Assembly (NCBI GenBank): GCA_023134165.1
Contig: JAGLUZ010000088.1
Coordinates: forward strand, 1 to 34,545
Source: Deltaproteobacteria bacterium
GTDB taxonomy: Bacteria; Desulfobacterota; GWC2-55-46; DRQE01
DNA: 34,545 nt
Reading direction: 5' to 3'
Under the pieces are notes generated by a model that searched no databases, had not been told where the DNA came from, and saw only the letters and a program-made list of their open reading frames with translations. The position numbers were made by a program, and so were the translations under genes. Below, in pieces: positions 1-9,796 of the stretch (its first letter is position 1; each line of letters starts with the position of its first letter).

Positions 1-1062
1 AATATCCATAAAATAAAGACTCCCTCCCGTATTATTTCCAGTAACCCTGTTATTAATTACCATAGCAAGTGTTGGTTTTGCGATATCTATACCGGAGCCA
101 ATATGTCTGGTAATTGTATTACCGATTAGAGTTACATCCGAATAACTACTTGCGTTTACTCCATTTCCATTCTCAGTAATCAGATTCCCTGAAATCGTAC
201 CACTGGAGTCATATACATGGATTGCATCGTAAGTTGCAGTCCCATAACCATTACCTATTAAAATATTCCCTGAAATTGTAAAACCTGAGACACTTTCAAG
301 TACTATCCCGTAATTATTTTCTGTAAAATAACTATCTCTTATCGTCATGTTTGAGCCACTGCCAGGATACATGCCAAAACTATTAGTCTTAAAGATATTC
401 TCTGAAATTGTAATATTAGTAAAAGGACCACTACCAATTCCATAGTTTCCATTGCTAACAGTGAGTCCGGATATCGCAGCATCGTCAACATTCCATAATG
501 AGATAACAGATCCACAAGCAGCCCCATCTATTATAGTAACCTCTTTACCTGCACCTCTTAAATGGACATTACTCTTCATATCAATACAATCTACATACGT
601 GCCAGGCATTACATCAATAACATACGGCGTACTCGCCGACGGCGTTATCGCCGCAAGAGCCGCTGTTATGGTCGCATAGTCACCACCTGAGATTGCTACG
701 ACAACTCTGTTACTTGCCTTCTCTAGGTTTGCCCTGCTAATTGGCCCTGTTATTTTTGCATCTGTTACCGCACCCGCGGCTAGGTCAACAGTATCAACTG
801 TTCCGTCTGCGATATCTATAGAAGTTACTGAGCCGTCTGTTATATCAGCTGAGCCAACGCTATTATCTTGAATGTCAGTTCCAGTTATTGTTCCGTCAGC
901 AATATCAGCCGACGTTACTGTGCCGTCCACAATCTCTGAAGAATCAATACACGGACTTGGGCACTGCACATCCGACGCTATCACCCCTGCTGAAAAGGCC
1001 TCGGGCGTGTAAAACACAAAAGAGAAAACAAAGACACATAATAAAATGATTACCTTTTTCAT
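1..1062 (-). CDS. Secreted protein with 10-aa repeat stalk and right-handed parallel beta-helix (NosD/pectin-lyase-like) domain; 3' end runs off the window
   Basis: Not in the ORF track because it has no stop in the window. Manual translation from ATG 1062 (SD AAGGAGG) gives MKKVIILLCVFVFSFVFYTPEAFSA (signal peptide), then IADGTVTSAD-type repeats, then GGDYATITAAL..V.PGTY...LRGAG and PbH1-like repeats (TISGNILIGN, TISGNLITEN, TLIGNTIT). The frame is open to position 1. Confidence 0.85.
   Translation of the reverse strand, partial: MKKVIILLCVFVFSFVFYTPEAFSAGVIASDVQCPSPCIDSSEIVDGTVTSADIADGTITGTDIQDNSVGSADITDGSVTSIDIADGTVDTVDLAAGAVTDAKITGPISRANLEKASNRVVVAISGGDYATITAALAAITPSASTPYVIDVMPGTYVDCIDMKSNVHLRGAGKEVTIIDGAACGSVISLWNVDDAAISGLTVSNGNYGIGSGPFTNITISENIFKTNSFGMYPGSGSNMTIRDSYFTENNYGIVLESVSGFTISGNILIGNGYGTATYDAIHVYDSSGTISGNLITENGNGVNASSYSDVTLIGNTITRHIGSGIDIAKPTLAMVINNRVTGNNTGGSLYFMDI
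751..948 (-). repeat. About 6.5 degenerate 30-bp/10-aa coding repeats
   Basis: IDSSEIVDGT-VTSADIADGT-ITGTDIQDNS-VGSADITDGS-VTSIDIADGT-VDTVDLAAGA-VTDAKI. Confidence 0.85.
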
Positions 1063-1153
1063 GATAAAACCCTCCTTTATTATCTTTAAGGTTAGATAAA
1101 ACTTGACTATCCCTTGTCAGAACAACACTTAAAATAAAGATTAATCAAAGCCT

Positions 1154-1182
1154 AGGGTACAACAACGTGCAAAGGTTGTCAA
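1154..1182 (-). promoter_or_regulatory. Sigma70-type promoter of the beta-helix gene
   Basis: TTGACA-17 bp-TACCCT on the minus strand, about 90 nt upstream of ATG 1062. Confidence 0.5.
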
Positions 1183-1311
1183 TATTTTTTTAAAGTTAAA
1201 GTGTAATACTTAAACGCAAGCAAGTATAAATAACGACATTAACCTTTATAACTTTAAGGAAAATAAAAAAATATTAAAGTAATTCTTTTTTTTGATTGAT
1301 TAAAAGCGGGT

Positions 1312-2913
1312 TTAGTTTAATAAGAAAGACGGGGGTACGCTCTGGAAGGCAGATTTTCTAAATGCCTGTTGTGTTGCAGTATTATGGTATGAAAAGTTAT
1401 TATCTTCATCTGTAAGAAGGTTTGCACTCTTAATTAACCCTGAGTCAAGCGGGCGAGTACCATCAAAGGTAGAGCTTAGACGAGCCTTCACTGATTTTGG
1501 GGCATCAAATAAAGTAGCGTCTATTGCAGTAGGCTCTACACCCGCCCCTTTAAATGCAAGCAAGTAAACATTCTTTAGCCCTGCGACACGACCAAGTTTG
1601 TCGTGATACATAGTCACAGATGGAAAGACCGACTTTAAGGTCTTTACAATACTATAAAAAGGAGCCCAGTGGCTTGAATGGGCAAAGGTATTCATTACAA
1701 CAAAACCCTCACTACTTAGGCACTTACTTGCGTCTCTAAAGAACTCGCGAGAGAGCAGGTGATCAGGAGTACCATCACCTCTAAATAAATCAACTATAAG
1801 GGCGTCGTAGGAATTATCACAACCCCTAACAAAAGTGCGAGCATCCTCAGTAAAGACCTCTATATTCTTACTATCAAAACCAAAATAATCAGTTGCAACG
1901 CTCACCATCGAAGGGTTTAACTCTACTACATCAACCTCAATCTCGTCTCGCAAAAAACGCATGGGAACTATTCCAGCCCCGAGACCAAGGACAAGCACCT
2001 TTCCTTTCTCTGGTAAATTCTTAAGAGTCAGAGTCTCAAGTGCATAGGTAAATGCCTCGGATGAACGCTTGCTCTTATCCAAAAGTGCTTGGTAAATCCC
2101 ATCATTAAAGAGAGCCTTATGACCCCCGGAAGTAGTTATCACCTTTAAGTTTCCAAATACACTTGTATACTCCTTCTCTATCTTCCACTCAAGACCATTA
2201 TACTTTACAAGGTTACCCTCACCACCACGCATATAGATTGAGACCATTAAAACAAGCAGGGCAAAGACCACCCCACCGCCAGAGAGAATTGCCATGGGAA
2301 GGCTCCTGACCTCTTTGTCTATCTTTAGGAAGACCAACCACAGGGCAAGTAGCGAGAGTACGCCTGAGAGGATGAGCATGGAGTAAAGATTTGTGGCATT
2401 TGGAACGAGCAAAAAGGCCGTTAAAAAAACACCCACAACAGAGCCAATTGTGCTTACAAAAAAAACGCGACCTGAGACGTGCCCCCCACTTCCAGCCTCA
2501 GTTGAGGCCATAGCGATGAGTAACGGGCTCATTGCCGAGAGGAGGAAAAGAGGCAAGAACAGGATTAAGAGAGAGGCTAGAATAGAGCCAACTACAAGGT
2601 TAAAGCCTGCTAAGGAATAAAAAAGAGACGGATATATGAGGCAGACCAAAGGCAGAAAAAGACTCGTAAGCGAGGGCATAATAATAAAAAAACGTTTTTG
2701 AAATAAGATGCGTTTGGCCGGGGTTTTCTCTAGATTTGAGAGAATACCACCAAAAAAATAACCAAGCGAGAGTGCAAGGAGTGTTACTGACAATATGCTT
2801 GCCCAGATATAGAGGCTAACCCCAAAGTATGGGGTCATTACACGCGAGGCAACAAGCTCAAGCGAGAGAACAACAGCACCTGCAATAAATACAATTATAT
2901 AATAGGATCTCAT
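1312..2913 (-). CDS. Fused membrane domain/spermidine-synthase-like SAM-dependent transferase
   Basis: N-terminal TM helices with LELVASRVMTPYFGVSLYIW; class I SAM motifs VLVLGLGAG, VELNP, EDARTF, YDALIVDLF and C-terminal LTDEDN. Confidence 0.85.
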   Translation of the reverse strand: MRSYYIIVFIAGAVVLSLELVASRVMTPYFGVSLYIWASILSVTLLALSLGYFFGGILSNLEKTPAKRILFQKRFFIIMPSLTSLFLPLVCLIYPSLFYSLAGFNLVVGSILASLLILFLPLFLLSAMSPLLIAMASTEAGSGGHVSGRVFFVSTIGSVVGVFLTAFLLVPNATNLYSMLILSGVLSLLALWLVFLKIDKEVRSLPMAILSGGGVVFALLVLMVSIYMRGGEGNLVKYNGLEWKIEKEYTSVFGNLKVITTSGGHKALFNDGIYQALLDKSKRSSEAFTYALETLTLKNLPEKGKVLVLGLGAGIVPMRFLRDEIEVDVVELNPSMVSVATDYFGFDSKNIEVFTEDARTFVRGCDNSYDALIVDLFRGDGTPDHLLSREFFRDASKCLSSEGFVVMNTFAHSSHWAPFYSIVKTLKSVFPSVTMYHDKLGRVAGLKNVYLLAFKGAGVEPTAIDATLFDAPKSVKARLSSTFDGTRPLDSGLIKSANLLTDEDNNFSYHNTATQQAFRKSAFQSVPPSFLLN

Positions 2914-2961
2914 AGTTTAAAAAAATTCATAAAATATCACGGCTAAAATTTACAAAAAAAA

Positions 2962-4533
2962 TTAATGCAAAGCTCCACCAGTTCCAGCCTCAACCTTTCC
3001 GATGATTGCGGAGAAGGCCTGAGTACCACGGATTGAATCAAGCTCTGGGTCTGTCCTTAATTGCTCTAAATCATTAAAGCCACGTGCAACAGCCCACTTT
3101 AGGGCATGTAGTGCCTTGTCTTTTTTTCCAGTTAATGCATGAACGCAAGCAATATTATAGTACGCACTATATAGTTGAGGATTTAATTCAATTACCTTTG
3201 TGTATTCCTCAATTGCCCTATCATAGTCCCCTCTCTCAGCAAGAACGAGCCCCAAGTTATAGTGTAAAGTCACGCTTCTTGGTGACTTTATCACGGTATC
3301 ACTCAAAAGTGAATAATTATCATGCCAAACCATATTTCTTGAGTAAGTAAGGACTGAGAAAACTATAAAAAATACAAGAGCAATGGGGCCAGCAATTTTT
3401 ATATGCCAAAGATAGGACAACTGTGAGAGAAGCAAACCAAAGAGTAGAGCAAGCCCAACAGAGGGTAAGTAGAGATTACTCTCACTCATTAGCTTTGGTA
3501 AAGGAAGCAGGTGCAGGGAAGGCAGTACAGAGAGAAGAATAAAGAAAAAGATAAACCCAAGTCGTTTGTTATATCTTAGTGCCACAAATGAGAGATAAAT
3601 TGAGAGACAAAAGACTTGAAGAGGGATTATAACCTCAAAGCTTAAGAAACGGCTTGGAGGTAAGAACTCATACCACGCACTTAGATTTAGCGGGATAAAG
3701 AGCTTTAGAAAATACAACCCAAAGATACGAAGCATCATGAGTGTCTTTTGAAAAAAACTAAGGCTTGATAAAAAATCGTCTGGCGTGAGTATTAGGTAAT
3801 AAGCAAGGTAAATTATCAGGATGATAAAAAAAGGGATTATTTTTTTTATCTCTTTTAGTCCTACAAAAGCAACCAGATATATTATAAGAATAAACGGAAG
3901 TGCAAGGGCTGTAACAGAAGAGAAAAGAGCAAGGATAAAGAAGACTATAGACCCAGTAGAGACCTTTGATTTATTAGAGCGGATAAAAAAACAGATAGAG
4001 AGGAGGGTAAATATTACAGCAAGAATCTCTCCAGCACCTCCAAGACCTGTAACAGCATCAGTATTAACAGGGTAAAGAGCAAAGGCAACGGCAGAAAATG
4101 CACCCGCCCTCATTGTGAAAAGCTCTCTTGCAAGTAAGCCAACGCAGACCGAGGCCACGGCGTGAAGCATGTTATTTATGAGATGAAAACCGTAAGGGTT
4201 TACACCCCAAATTGCATACTCAAGGCTGAAGAGAACACCTCGAAGTGGACTCTCAAAAGGTCTTAAGAAATAAGCAGGAATACTTGAGAGACTCTTTATC
4301 TGCTGGCTACCCTCGATAAAGGAATATGTCGTAAAAGGAAGCTCAAAGAAAAGAGCATTTAGATAAACCAGAAAACCAGCAATAACAGCAAAGGCCATAA
4401 AGGCTGGAAAACGATTAGGAAGGGAAGATACTATAACTTCACTACCTAAAGGAGAAAAGTTTTTTTCTGTAGGCTCTTCCACTACATCTTCAAGACGCTT
4501 GGAATGAGCCTCTGTTGACTTCTTTGTTTTCAC
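2962..4533 (-). CDS. TMTC/DUF1736-like GT-C-fold membrane protein with C-terminal TPRs (degenerate motifs)
   Basis: About 11 TM helices with GVNPYGFHLINNMLH, LKLFIPLNLSAWY, LYLPSVG and RNMVWHDNYSL. TPRs (HYNLGLVLAERGDYDRAIEEY) precede an end-of-group TPR (YNIAC...DPELDSIR). GTG 4533 is preferred over TTG 4590, which overlaps the upstream gene by 47 nt. Confidence 0.75.
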   Translation of the reverse strand: MKTKKSTEAHSKRLEDVVEEPTEKNFSPLGSEVIVSSLPNRFPAFMAFAVIAGFLVYLNALFFELPFTTYSFIEGSQQIKSLSSIPAYFLRPFESPLRGVLFSLEYAIWGVNPYGFHLINNMLHAVASVCVGLLARELFTMRAGAFSAVAFALYPVNTDAVTGLGGAGEILAVIFTLLSICFFIRSNKSKVSTGSIVFFILALFSSVTALALPFILIIYLVAFVGLKEIKKIIPFFIILIIYLAYYLILTPDDFLSSLSFFQKTLMMLRIFGLYFLKLFIPLNLSAWYEFLPPSRFLSFEVIIPLQVFCLSIYLSFVALRYNKRLGFIFFFILLSVLPSLHLLPLPKLMSESNLYLPSVGLALLFGLLLSQLSYLWHIKIAGPIALVFFIVFSVLTYSRNMVWHDNYSLLSDTVIKSPRSVTLHYNLGLVLAERGDYDRAIEEYTKVIELNPQLYSAYYNIACVHALTGKKDKALHALKWAVARGFNDLEQLRTDPELDSIRGTQAFSAIIGKVEAGTGGALH

Positions 4534-4543
4534 TTTCTTACGC

Positions 4544-5587
4544 CTACTCTTTCCAAGCAACAAACTCTCCTTTTTCACCAACCCTAGCAACCTCTACAGA
4601 GCTTTGGTATTTGCCCTTATCATCAACACCTCCAAGGACGTATATATAATCATCATGGACAAGGACAGCTGGTGCGTCCCTTGGAATTTTAAGCGAAGGA
4701 AAGTTTTTCCACTCACCAAGGCCTCTGTCGTCTTTAATCCCCGCGGCCTCAACAAACGAAAGAGCCTTGCCATCATAGCCACCAATAAGGTAAACCTGTT
4801 TGTCTACCCTCACAGCCACAGCACCGTACCTTGGATGATTTATCGAAGGTGATTCTTGCCACTGCCCAAGGGTTGCGTCTTGAAGTATCTCTGCGTACTC
4901 AACCTTCTCTGTAGCCCCACCTGAGCTTTTATGATGACCTCCCATTACGTATAACATACAACCACTACCAACGGAAGAGTGGATATATCTCCTGTGCTCC
5001 ATTATTGACTCAAGAGACCACGAGCCAAGTGTACCATCTGCATTTATCTTTGCTCGCTCCACAGTGTCTAAAAATTCACCATTATAGCCACCTATTGCAT
5101 AGATGTATCCGCCCCTAACATAAGCCGTCGTGCCACGGCGTGCGGAGAAAAGTTTTTCCTTTTCTAGAACCCACTTACCAAGGCTTCCATCACGATTAAC
5201 CTTAACCCTCTCAACGGTATTTAATAATTCTTGGCCGTACTTGCCGTAAGCTCCACCCAGGACATAGATGTAGTGATTGTAATAAACCCCAGCCGAGTAC
5301 CCGCGCGGGGTATTTAGGGATCTTGATTTTTTCCAACCCGTAAAACCCCCATCTGCTCTAATCCTTGTCCACTCAACCTCCGAGATATAACCCTTATCAT
5401 TAGAGCCACCGATTATATAGAAGGTATCACCAACAGCAACATATGCTGGTGCCATCCTCGGAGTTAGCATCTCCCCTCCGTTAACCCACGCAGAGGTATT
5501 TTCCCCAACCTCACCATTACTGATTGAGCAAGAAGGTAGAGTCAGAACCATAAATAAAAATACCGAGAAAAAAAACTTAAACCTCAT
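4544..5587 (-). CDS. Kelch-repeat six-bladed beta-propeller, probable lipoprotein
   Basis: Six Kelch GG motifs (IIGGS, VLGGA, AIGGY, VMGGH, LIGGY, VLGGV) with downstream VE and W residues; N-terminal hydrophobic stretch ending LPSC (lipobox-like). Confidence 0.88.
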   Translation of the reverse strand: MRFKFFFSVFLFMVLTLPSCSISNGEVGENTSAWVNGGEMLTPRMAPAYVAVGDTFYIIGGSNDKGYISEVEWTRIRADGGFTGWKKSRSLNTPRGYSAGVYYNHYIYVLGGAYGKYGQELLNTVERVKVNRDGSLGKWVLEKEKLFSARRGTTAYVRGGYIYAIGGYNGEFLDTVERAKINADGTLGSWSLESIMEHRRYIHSSVGSGCMLYVMGGHHKSSGGATEKVEYAEILQDATLGQWQESPSINHPRYGAVAVRVDKQVYLIGGYDGKALSFVEAAGIKDDRGLGEWKNFPSLKIPRDAPAVLVHDDYIYVLGGVDDKGKYQSSVEVARVGEKGEFVAWKE

Positions 5588-5652
5588 AAGAAAAACCTCA
5601 TGTAAAAAACTATATTTAGGTTTTAAAATAATTTTCAGGTTTTAGAAAAAAC

Positions 5653-8523
5653 CTAATACATAGGAATACCTTTTAAAAGTTTCTCAACTACTTCACGCTC
5701 AGTAGAGGCAACCTCAAAAAAACCTTTTTTCTTGTAGAGCTCAGAGAGGAGGAAATGCGTCCTCGGACTCTTTGGATTTAACCTCACACTTGTCTTTAAT
5801 GCCAAGCCAGCCTCTTTGCCACGCCCAGCCCTTAGGTGCAGACGACCAATATAGAACCACGCCTCTGCATACTCAGGGAAAAGCTCTACAGCCTTTTGAA
5901 AATAATTTAATGTTATTTTCTCTTCTTTTGTTGTTTTAAGCCCAACCCTGAGGTACTGTTTTGCAGCCGCCCTCTGTAAATCAACATTACCAGAGATAGT
6001 TGGGGTAATCTCATCCAAAAGAAAGACGGCTTTCTCTACTTCACCATCACTTATAAAGACCTCAGCATTTTTTATAATTGTGGCTAAGTGATAGGTATCA
6101 GCAATACGGCTTGCCTCGTCTTTTGTAACCCCTGAGAGGAGTGTCTCAGGGGAGGCTCTAAATTTTGTAACCCCCACATTTCTCTCCAAGGTCAGGGACT
6201 TAAAGATACAAGCGGGTGCCGAAAACTCTAAGAATGCATTATCATAGGTGTTAACCTTTGCACCCTTTGAGTACCTCTTCATTCCATCCTCATCAAAGGT
6301 ATAATAACTAATCAGGGTTGATAGATTATTTAGTCCCTTTTTATCAAGGTGATGAAGTTCCTTCTCTACCTCAAAACGATCCTTTAAGACTGAGTAATCA
6401 AGTTCCATGTGCTTAAGTGAACCCATAAGGATGTAATCGCCTTCAGCGGCATTTACCTCCCAGAGCGCACTGTGAGGAAAGTTCTTTGAGAAGGTTCTAA
6501 CAATTGACTTTAAGTCTATATCAGATAATCGAGTGCCATTTACCCACTGAGCAACTATTGCCTCACTACTTAACATACCCTTTAGCCCAGAATAATACTC
6601 ATCGGTGAAGAACCTTGAGCTACCATATATCCAAGGTGCTGGTGGGTTTGAGAGAATTACGTCGTAGCGTTTTCCGCTACTTAATATATCAGCTCTTCCA
6701 TCACCTGGAAGTAAACGCACACGCCAATCAAGCAAGGCCTCTCCGTTTACCTCCCTTAAAACCTTTGCCGCATTTACAATCTCTTCGGTGACCTCGACAA
6801 AATCTATTGACTCAACGGAGTGCATTGTTACGGCCTCTAGGGTAACGCCGCCTCCTAGCCCAAGGAGTAAAATATCCTTTGGACGACCGTGGAGGAGGAG
6901 AGCGATATCAGCTAATAGTTCGTGTACTGCGGTCTCATCACGATTAGAGCTTACCTCTACACTACCGTCAACAATTAAGGAAAGATCACCGTTAATATTT
7001 CTCGCTACCGCAACCGTTGAGGTGAGCCCCTCTTCGTAGTGAATTACAGAATTTTTCCGCTTCATCTCTCTTGCAATATCAGCCTTTAGGGTTCCACCAC
7101 TACCGTAAGTTGAGGAATAAAGAACCGGGCCACCAGAGATTAGATCATTATCCCAAGCAGGCAAAAGAAGAAAGAATATAGGAAAAACAAGTACCGCAGA
7201 GACGACAAAGCCGTGACGCCTAAGAGGTGTTAGCGAACAGGTGAGAAAAGCAAAAGAGCCAAGAGAGAGAAAAACAAGAGCAGAGAGGAGTAAGAGGTTG
7301 ATTAGTCCAAAGGATATTGTTAGTAGGTACATCGAGGTAACTACGCTAATTGAGGCACCAATAAAACCCATTATATATAAGGTGCCAACTCGCCGCATCT
7401 CTAGGCCAACGTCTTTTAGGGCAAGCCCGCTTGCACCTGCAAGATAAAGACCAAAGAAAAAAGATGGCAAGAATAAAACTGCAAAGATAATAAAAAACTG
7501 GAGAAGCCTGTAAACAAAAAAAGAATCGTAATGACCAAGTAGTATCTGAACAACGTAGATAGGGAGAATTACTTGAACCGCGGCAGAGATTAAGATTGAA
7601 ACTCCAGTTAAAACCTTAAAGATTGCAAGAGAGCTAGGGTGGTCTTTAAAGTATTTACTTAGGTAATGGGAAGTCATCGTAGCACTCGTCACTGCAAGTA
7701 TGAGGGCTAGAAAAAATAAGGAGATAGAATAAACCGTTGTGTCAAAGAGCATCAGTAGAATTCTGGCAGAGCCAAATAAGTAGAGTCCGATGGCAAAGAT
7801 TGAGATGGAGAGGTAGACAAAAACAGACCCTTTTTTAGGAGTTAAACCCTCACCACTCTTATCCCTTGTGGCTTCTTCTAAAGGTGTCTTATTTTTTTTA
7901 TAAACGAGAAAAGCAAGTAGTGCTGAGAGTAGAGTGAGAGCTACAATCACATACAAGGTAGTAGAATACCCAAGAGACGGAAGGAGAAAAAATATCATAA
8001 GAAAAAGACCAAGACCAAGGCCAAGACCAAAGAGAGAATAAAGACTTGCCCACGAGGATCTCTCTACTCTACTAAATTCCAATAGAGTTCTTATTAAAAG
8101 AGGAATAGAAAGACCAAGTATAACTGATGGAAGCATTAGTAAAAAAACACAGAACAAAGTGCTTGGAACTCCGAGGAGGCCAAAGGAGCCATAATAATTT
8201 GCGTAAAAAGCTATAAAAATACCGCTTGTTGCATCAAGAATAAAGGGGAGAAAAAAAGAAAACACCGCAGAGATAACTAGTACTATTGAATAAGACCTAA
8301 GAGACTTGGAGGAAGGTCTAAGGTATTTTAATGAGAGTAAGAAACCAATTGAAAGACCAAGGAAAGAGAAAATAAAGATAAGAAACGGAGTATAGTGAGT
8401 GGCGTCCATCACAGAGCCAAAAAAATGAGCCCAGAGGATTTGACTTGAGACGCAGAGCAAGCCGCTTAGAAAAATAAGAAGGCACACGCCCTTTAAGGGG
8501 TTCTTAAAGATAAGCACCTCCAA
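5653..8523 (-). CDS. Fused MFS-like membrane domain/spermidine-synthase-like SAM-dependent transferase with C-terminal TPRs
   Basis: About 13 TM helices, then HYEEGLTSTVAV, LLLGLGGGVT, FVEV, GDGR, YDVILSNPPAPW and VAQW; TPRs at the C-terminus (AEAWFYIGRLH). Confidence 0.85.
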   Translation of the reverse strand: MEVLIFKNPLKGVCLLIFLSGLLCVSSQILWAHFFGSVMDATHYTPFLIFIFSFLGLSIGFLLSLKYLRPSSKSLRSYSIVLVISAVFSFFLPFILDATSGIFIAFYANYYGSFGLLGVPSTLFCVFLLMLPSVILGLSIPLLIRTLLEFSRVERSSWASLYSLFGLGLGLGLFLMIFFLLPSLGYSTTLYVIVALTLLSALLAFLVYKKNKTPLEEATRDKSGEGLTPKKGSVFVYLSISIFAIGLYLFGSARILLMLFDTTVYSISLFFLALILAVTSATMTSHYLSKYFKDHPSSLAIFKVLTGVSILISAAVQVILPIYVVQILLGHYDSFFVYRLLQFFIIFAVLFLPSFFFGLYLAGASGLALKDVGLEMRRVGTLYIMGFIGASISVVTSMYLLTISFGLINLLLLSALVFLSLGSFAFLTCSLTPLRRHGFVVSAVLVFPIFFLLLPAWDNDLISGGPVLYSSTYGSGGTLKADIAREMKRKNSVIHYEEGLTSTVAVARNINGDLSLIVDGSVEVSSNRDETAVHELLADIALLLHGRPKDILLLGLGGGVTLEAVTMHSVESIDFVEVTEEIVNAAKVLREVNGEALLDWRVRLLPGDGRADILSSGKRYDVILSNPPAPWIYGSSRFFTDEYYSGLKGMLSSEAIVAQWVNGTRLSDIDLKSIVRTFSKNFPHSALWEVNAAEGDYILMGSLKHMELDYSVLKDRFEVEKELHHLDKKGLNNLSTLISYYTFDEDGMKRYSKGAKVNTYDNAFLEFSAPACIFKSLTLERNVGVTKFRASPETLLSGVTKDEASRIADTYHLATIIKNAEVFISDGEVEKAVFLLDEITPTISGNVDLQRAAAKQYLRVGLKTTKEEKITLNYFQKAVELFPEYAEAWFYIGRLHLRAGRGKEAGLALKTSVRLNPKSPRTHFLLSELYKKKGFFEVASTEREVVEKLLKGIPMY

Positions 8524-8728
8524 GCCCTATGTCAGAAGAACTACAAAAAGTGCGAGGACTTACGAGGTATTTAAAATTAAGGAACAAATCAAGAAAACAA
8601 GAAGACATAAGAACCTCACTTAAAAGTAATCAAATAACTTAGATTTAAGGTGCAAAAAGAGAGGTGTGTAAGAACGCCAGCAAAAAAAACCAAGCGTCTA
8701 TTCTCGGTGTCTCATCAAATTAAAAAAT

Positions 8729-8765
8729 AAAAAAACCCCTAAAGACAATACTTGTCTATAGAGGC
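8729..8765 (-). terminator. Intrinsic terminator-like hairpin
   Basis: Minus strand GCCTCTA-T-AGACAA-GTA-TTGTCT-T-TAGGGGT followed by a T-run. Confidence 0.6.
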
Positions 8766-8808
8766 TGCGTCACCTGAAATAACTTTTTGTTTCTAAATTG
8801 TTATATCA

Positions 8809-8837
8809 ATCTTAATAAATAAAAGGAGTAAAGTCAA
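8809..8837 (-). promoter_or_regulatory. Sigma70-type promoter
   Basis: TTGACT-17 bp-TAAGAT on the minus strand. Confidence 0.5.
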
Positions 8838-8898
8838 GAAGCAGTATCTTCGCTAAAAACAAAAAAACACCCTCCCCTAATTTATCAAAATAGGTTCT

Positions 8899-9648
8899 TT
8901 AATTACCCTGCACCCCAGAGAGCTGAAGCTCCATCCTTGAGAGCCTTTCTTTATAGACCTCATTATCAGGGGCAAGTGCCAGTGCTTTTTTCATATTGAT
9001 TATTGCTTTTTCCAGGTTACCACTAAGGACGTAGATCTCGGCTAGGCCATCAAAGAGATCAGGGGAATCGTCTTTTTCTTTAAGTGCAAGGAGCAAGGTC
9101 TTCTCTGCTTTCTCTAATTGCTTTATTTTGACGTAAAGTATCGCAAGCTCAAAGTGCTTTGTCCACTCAACTTGCCTGCCTTCAACTATTTTTTCAAGGA
9201 TTGCAATTCTGCTTTTAACTGCCGAGGCCTCACTAGCGCGCTCAATCATGTCCTGTAGGTGCGTAGCCTCTGGTGATATCTCAAGGGCTAAGTACCAGGA
9301 CTTTGTAGCCTCGCTATATTTTCCGTCTCTAAAAAAAGCCATGCCCAAGGCCTCTCGTATCTTAAAATTTTTTGGACGTAACTCAGTACCAAGCGTTAAT
9401 GTTTTTTGAGCTTCACTAAGTCGTAAGGAATGAAGGTATAAGATCCCAAGCGAGTAAGCGTCTTGCCAAGAAAAATTCTTTTGGTTTGATAAAACCTCTA
9501 GCCTTTTTATCTCTTGGTCTCGATCAGCTATATTTTGGTAGGTAAAGACCCCGAGTGGTTTTTCCTCTGTTTTTTCATTATGATAAAACCCCTTTACCGC
9601 AATTATTAGTACTGATATAAGTACTACAAAAACAATCATCTTTTTCAT
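8899..9648 (-). CDS. Exported or membrane-anchored TPR protein
   Basis: N-terminal signal/anchor MKKMIVFVVLISVLIIAV; TPR motifs (EALGMAFFRDGKYSEA, DGLAEIYVLSGNLEKA...LALAPDN); SD AGGAG. Confidence 0.85.
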   Translation of the reverse strand: MKKMIVFVVLISVLIIAVKGFYHNEKTEEKPLGVFTYQNIADRDQEIKRLEVLSNQKNFSWQDAYSLGILYLHSLRLSEAQKTLTLGTELRPKNFKIREALGMAFFRDGKYSEATKSWYLALEISPEATHLQDMIERASEASAVKSRIAILEKIVEGRQVEWTKHFELAILYVKIKQLEKAEKTLLLALKEKDDSPDLFDGLAEIYVLSGNLEKAIINMKKALALAPDNEVYKERLSRMELQLSGVQGN

Positions 9649-9669
9649 AAAAAACTCCTAAGTGAAAAT

Positions 9670-9701
9670 AAAAAACCCAACCCAAAATTGCAGGTTGAGT
9701 T
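9670..9701 (-). terminator. Terminator or stabilising hairpin after the second OmcS-like gene
   Basis: Minus strand AACTCAACCTG-loop-TGGGTTGGGTT followed by T's. Confidence 0.5.
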
Positions 9702-9796
9702 AAAAGAATAAAAAGGTCTTGTACCTTTAAAAAGAAGTAAAAATCACTCAAAACTAATTAAGGATGACAAAGAACCTGGGAATCTACACGTGCCTG

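Noticed and set aside
345-679. Short track ORFs 345..527 (-) and 452..679 (+)
   Set aside because: Off-frame or antisense shadows of the beta-helix gene at 1..1062
751-948. Prophage tail-fibre gene
   Set aside because: It has a Sec signal peptide and a host-type promoter, and no phage genes are nearby in the window
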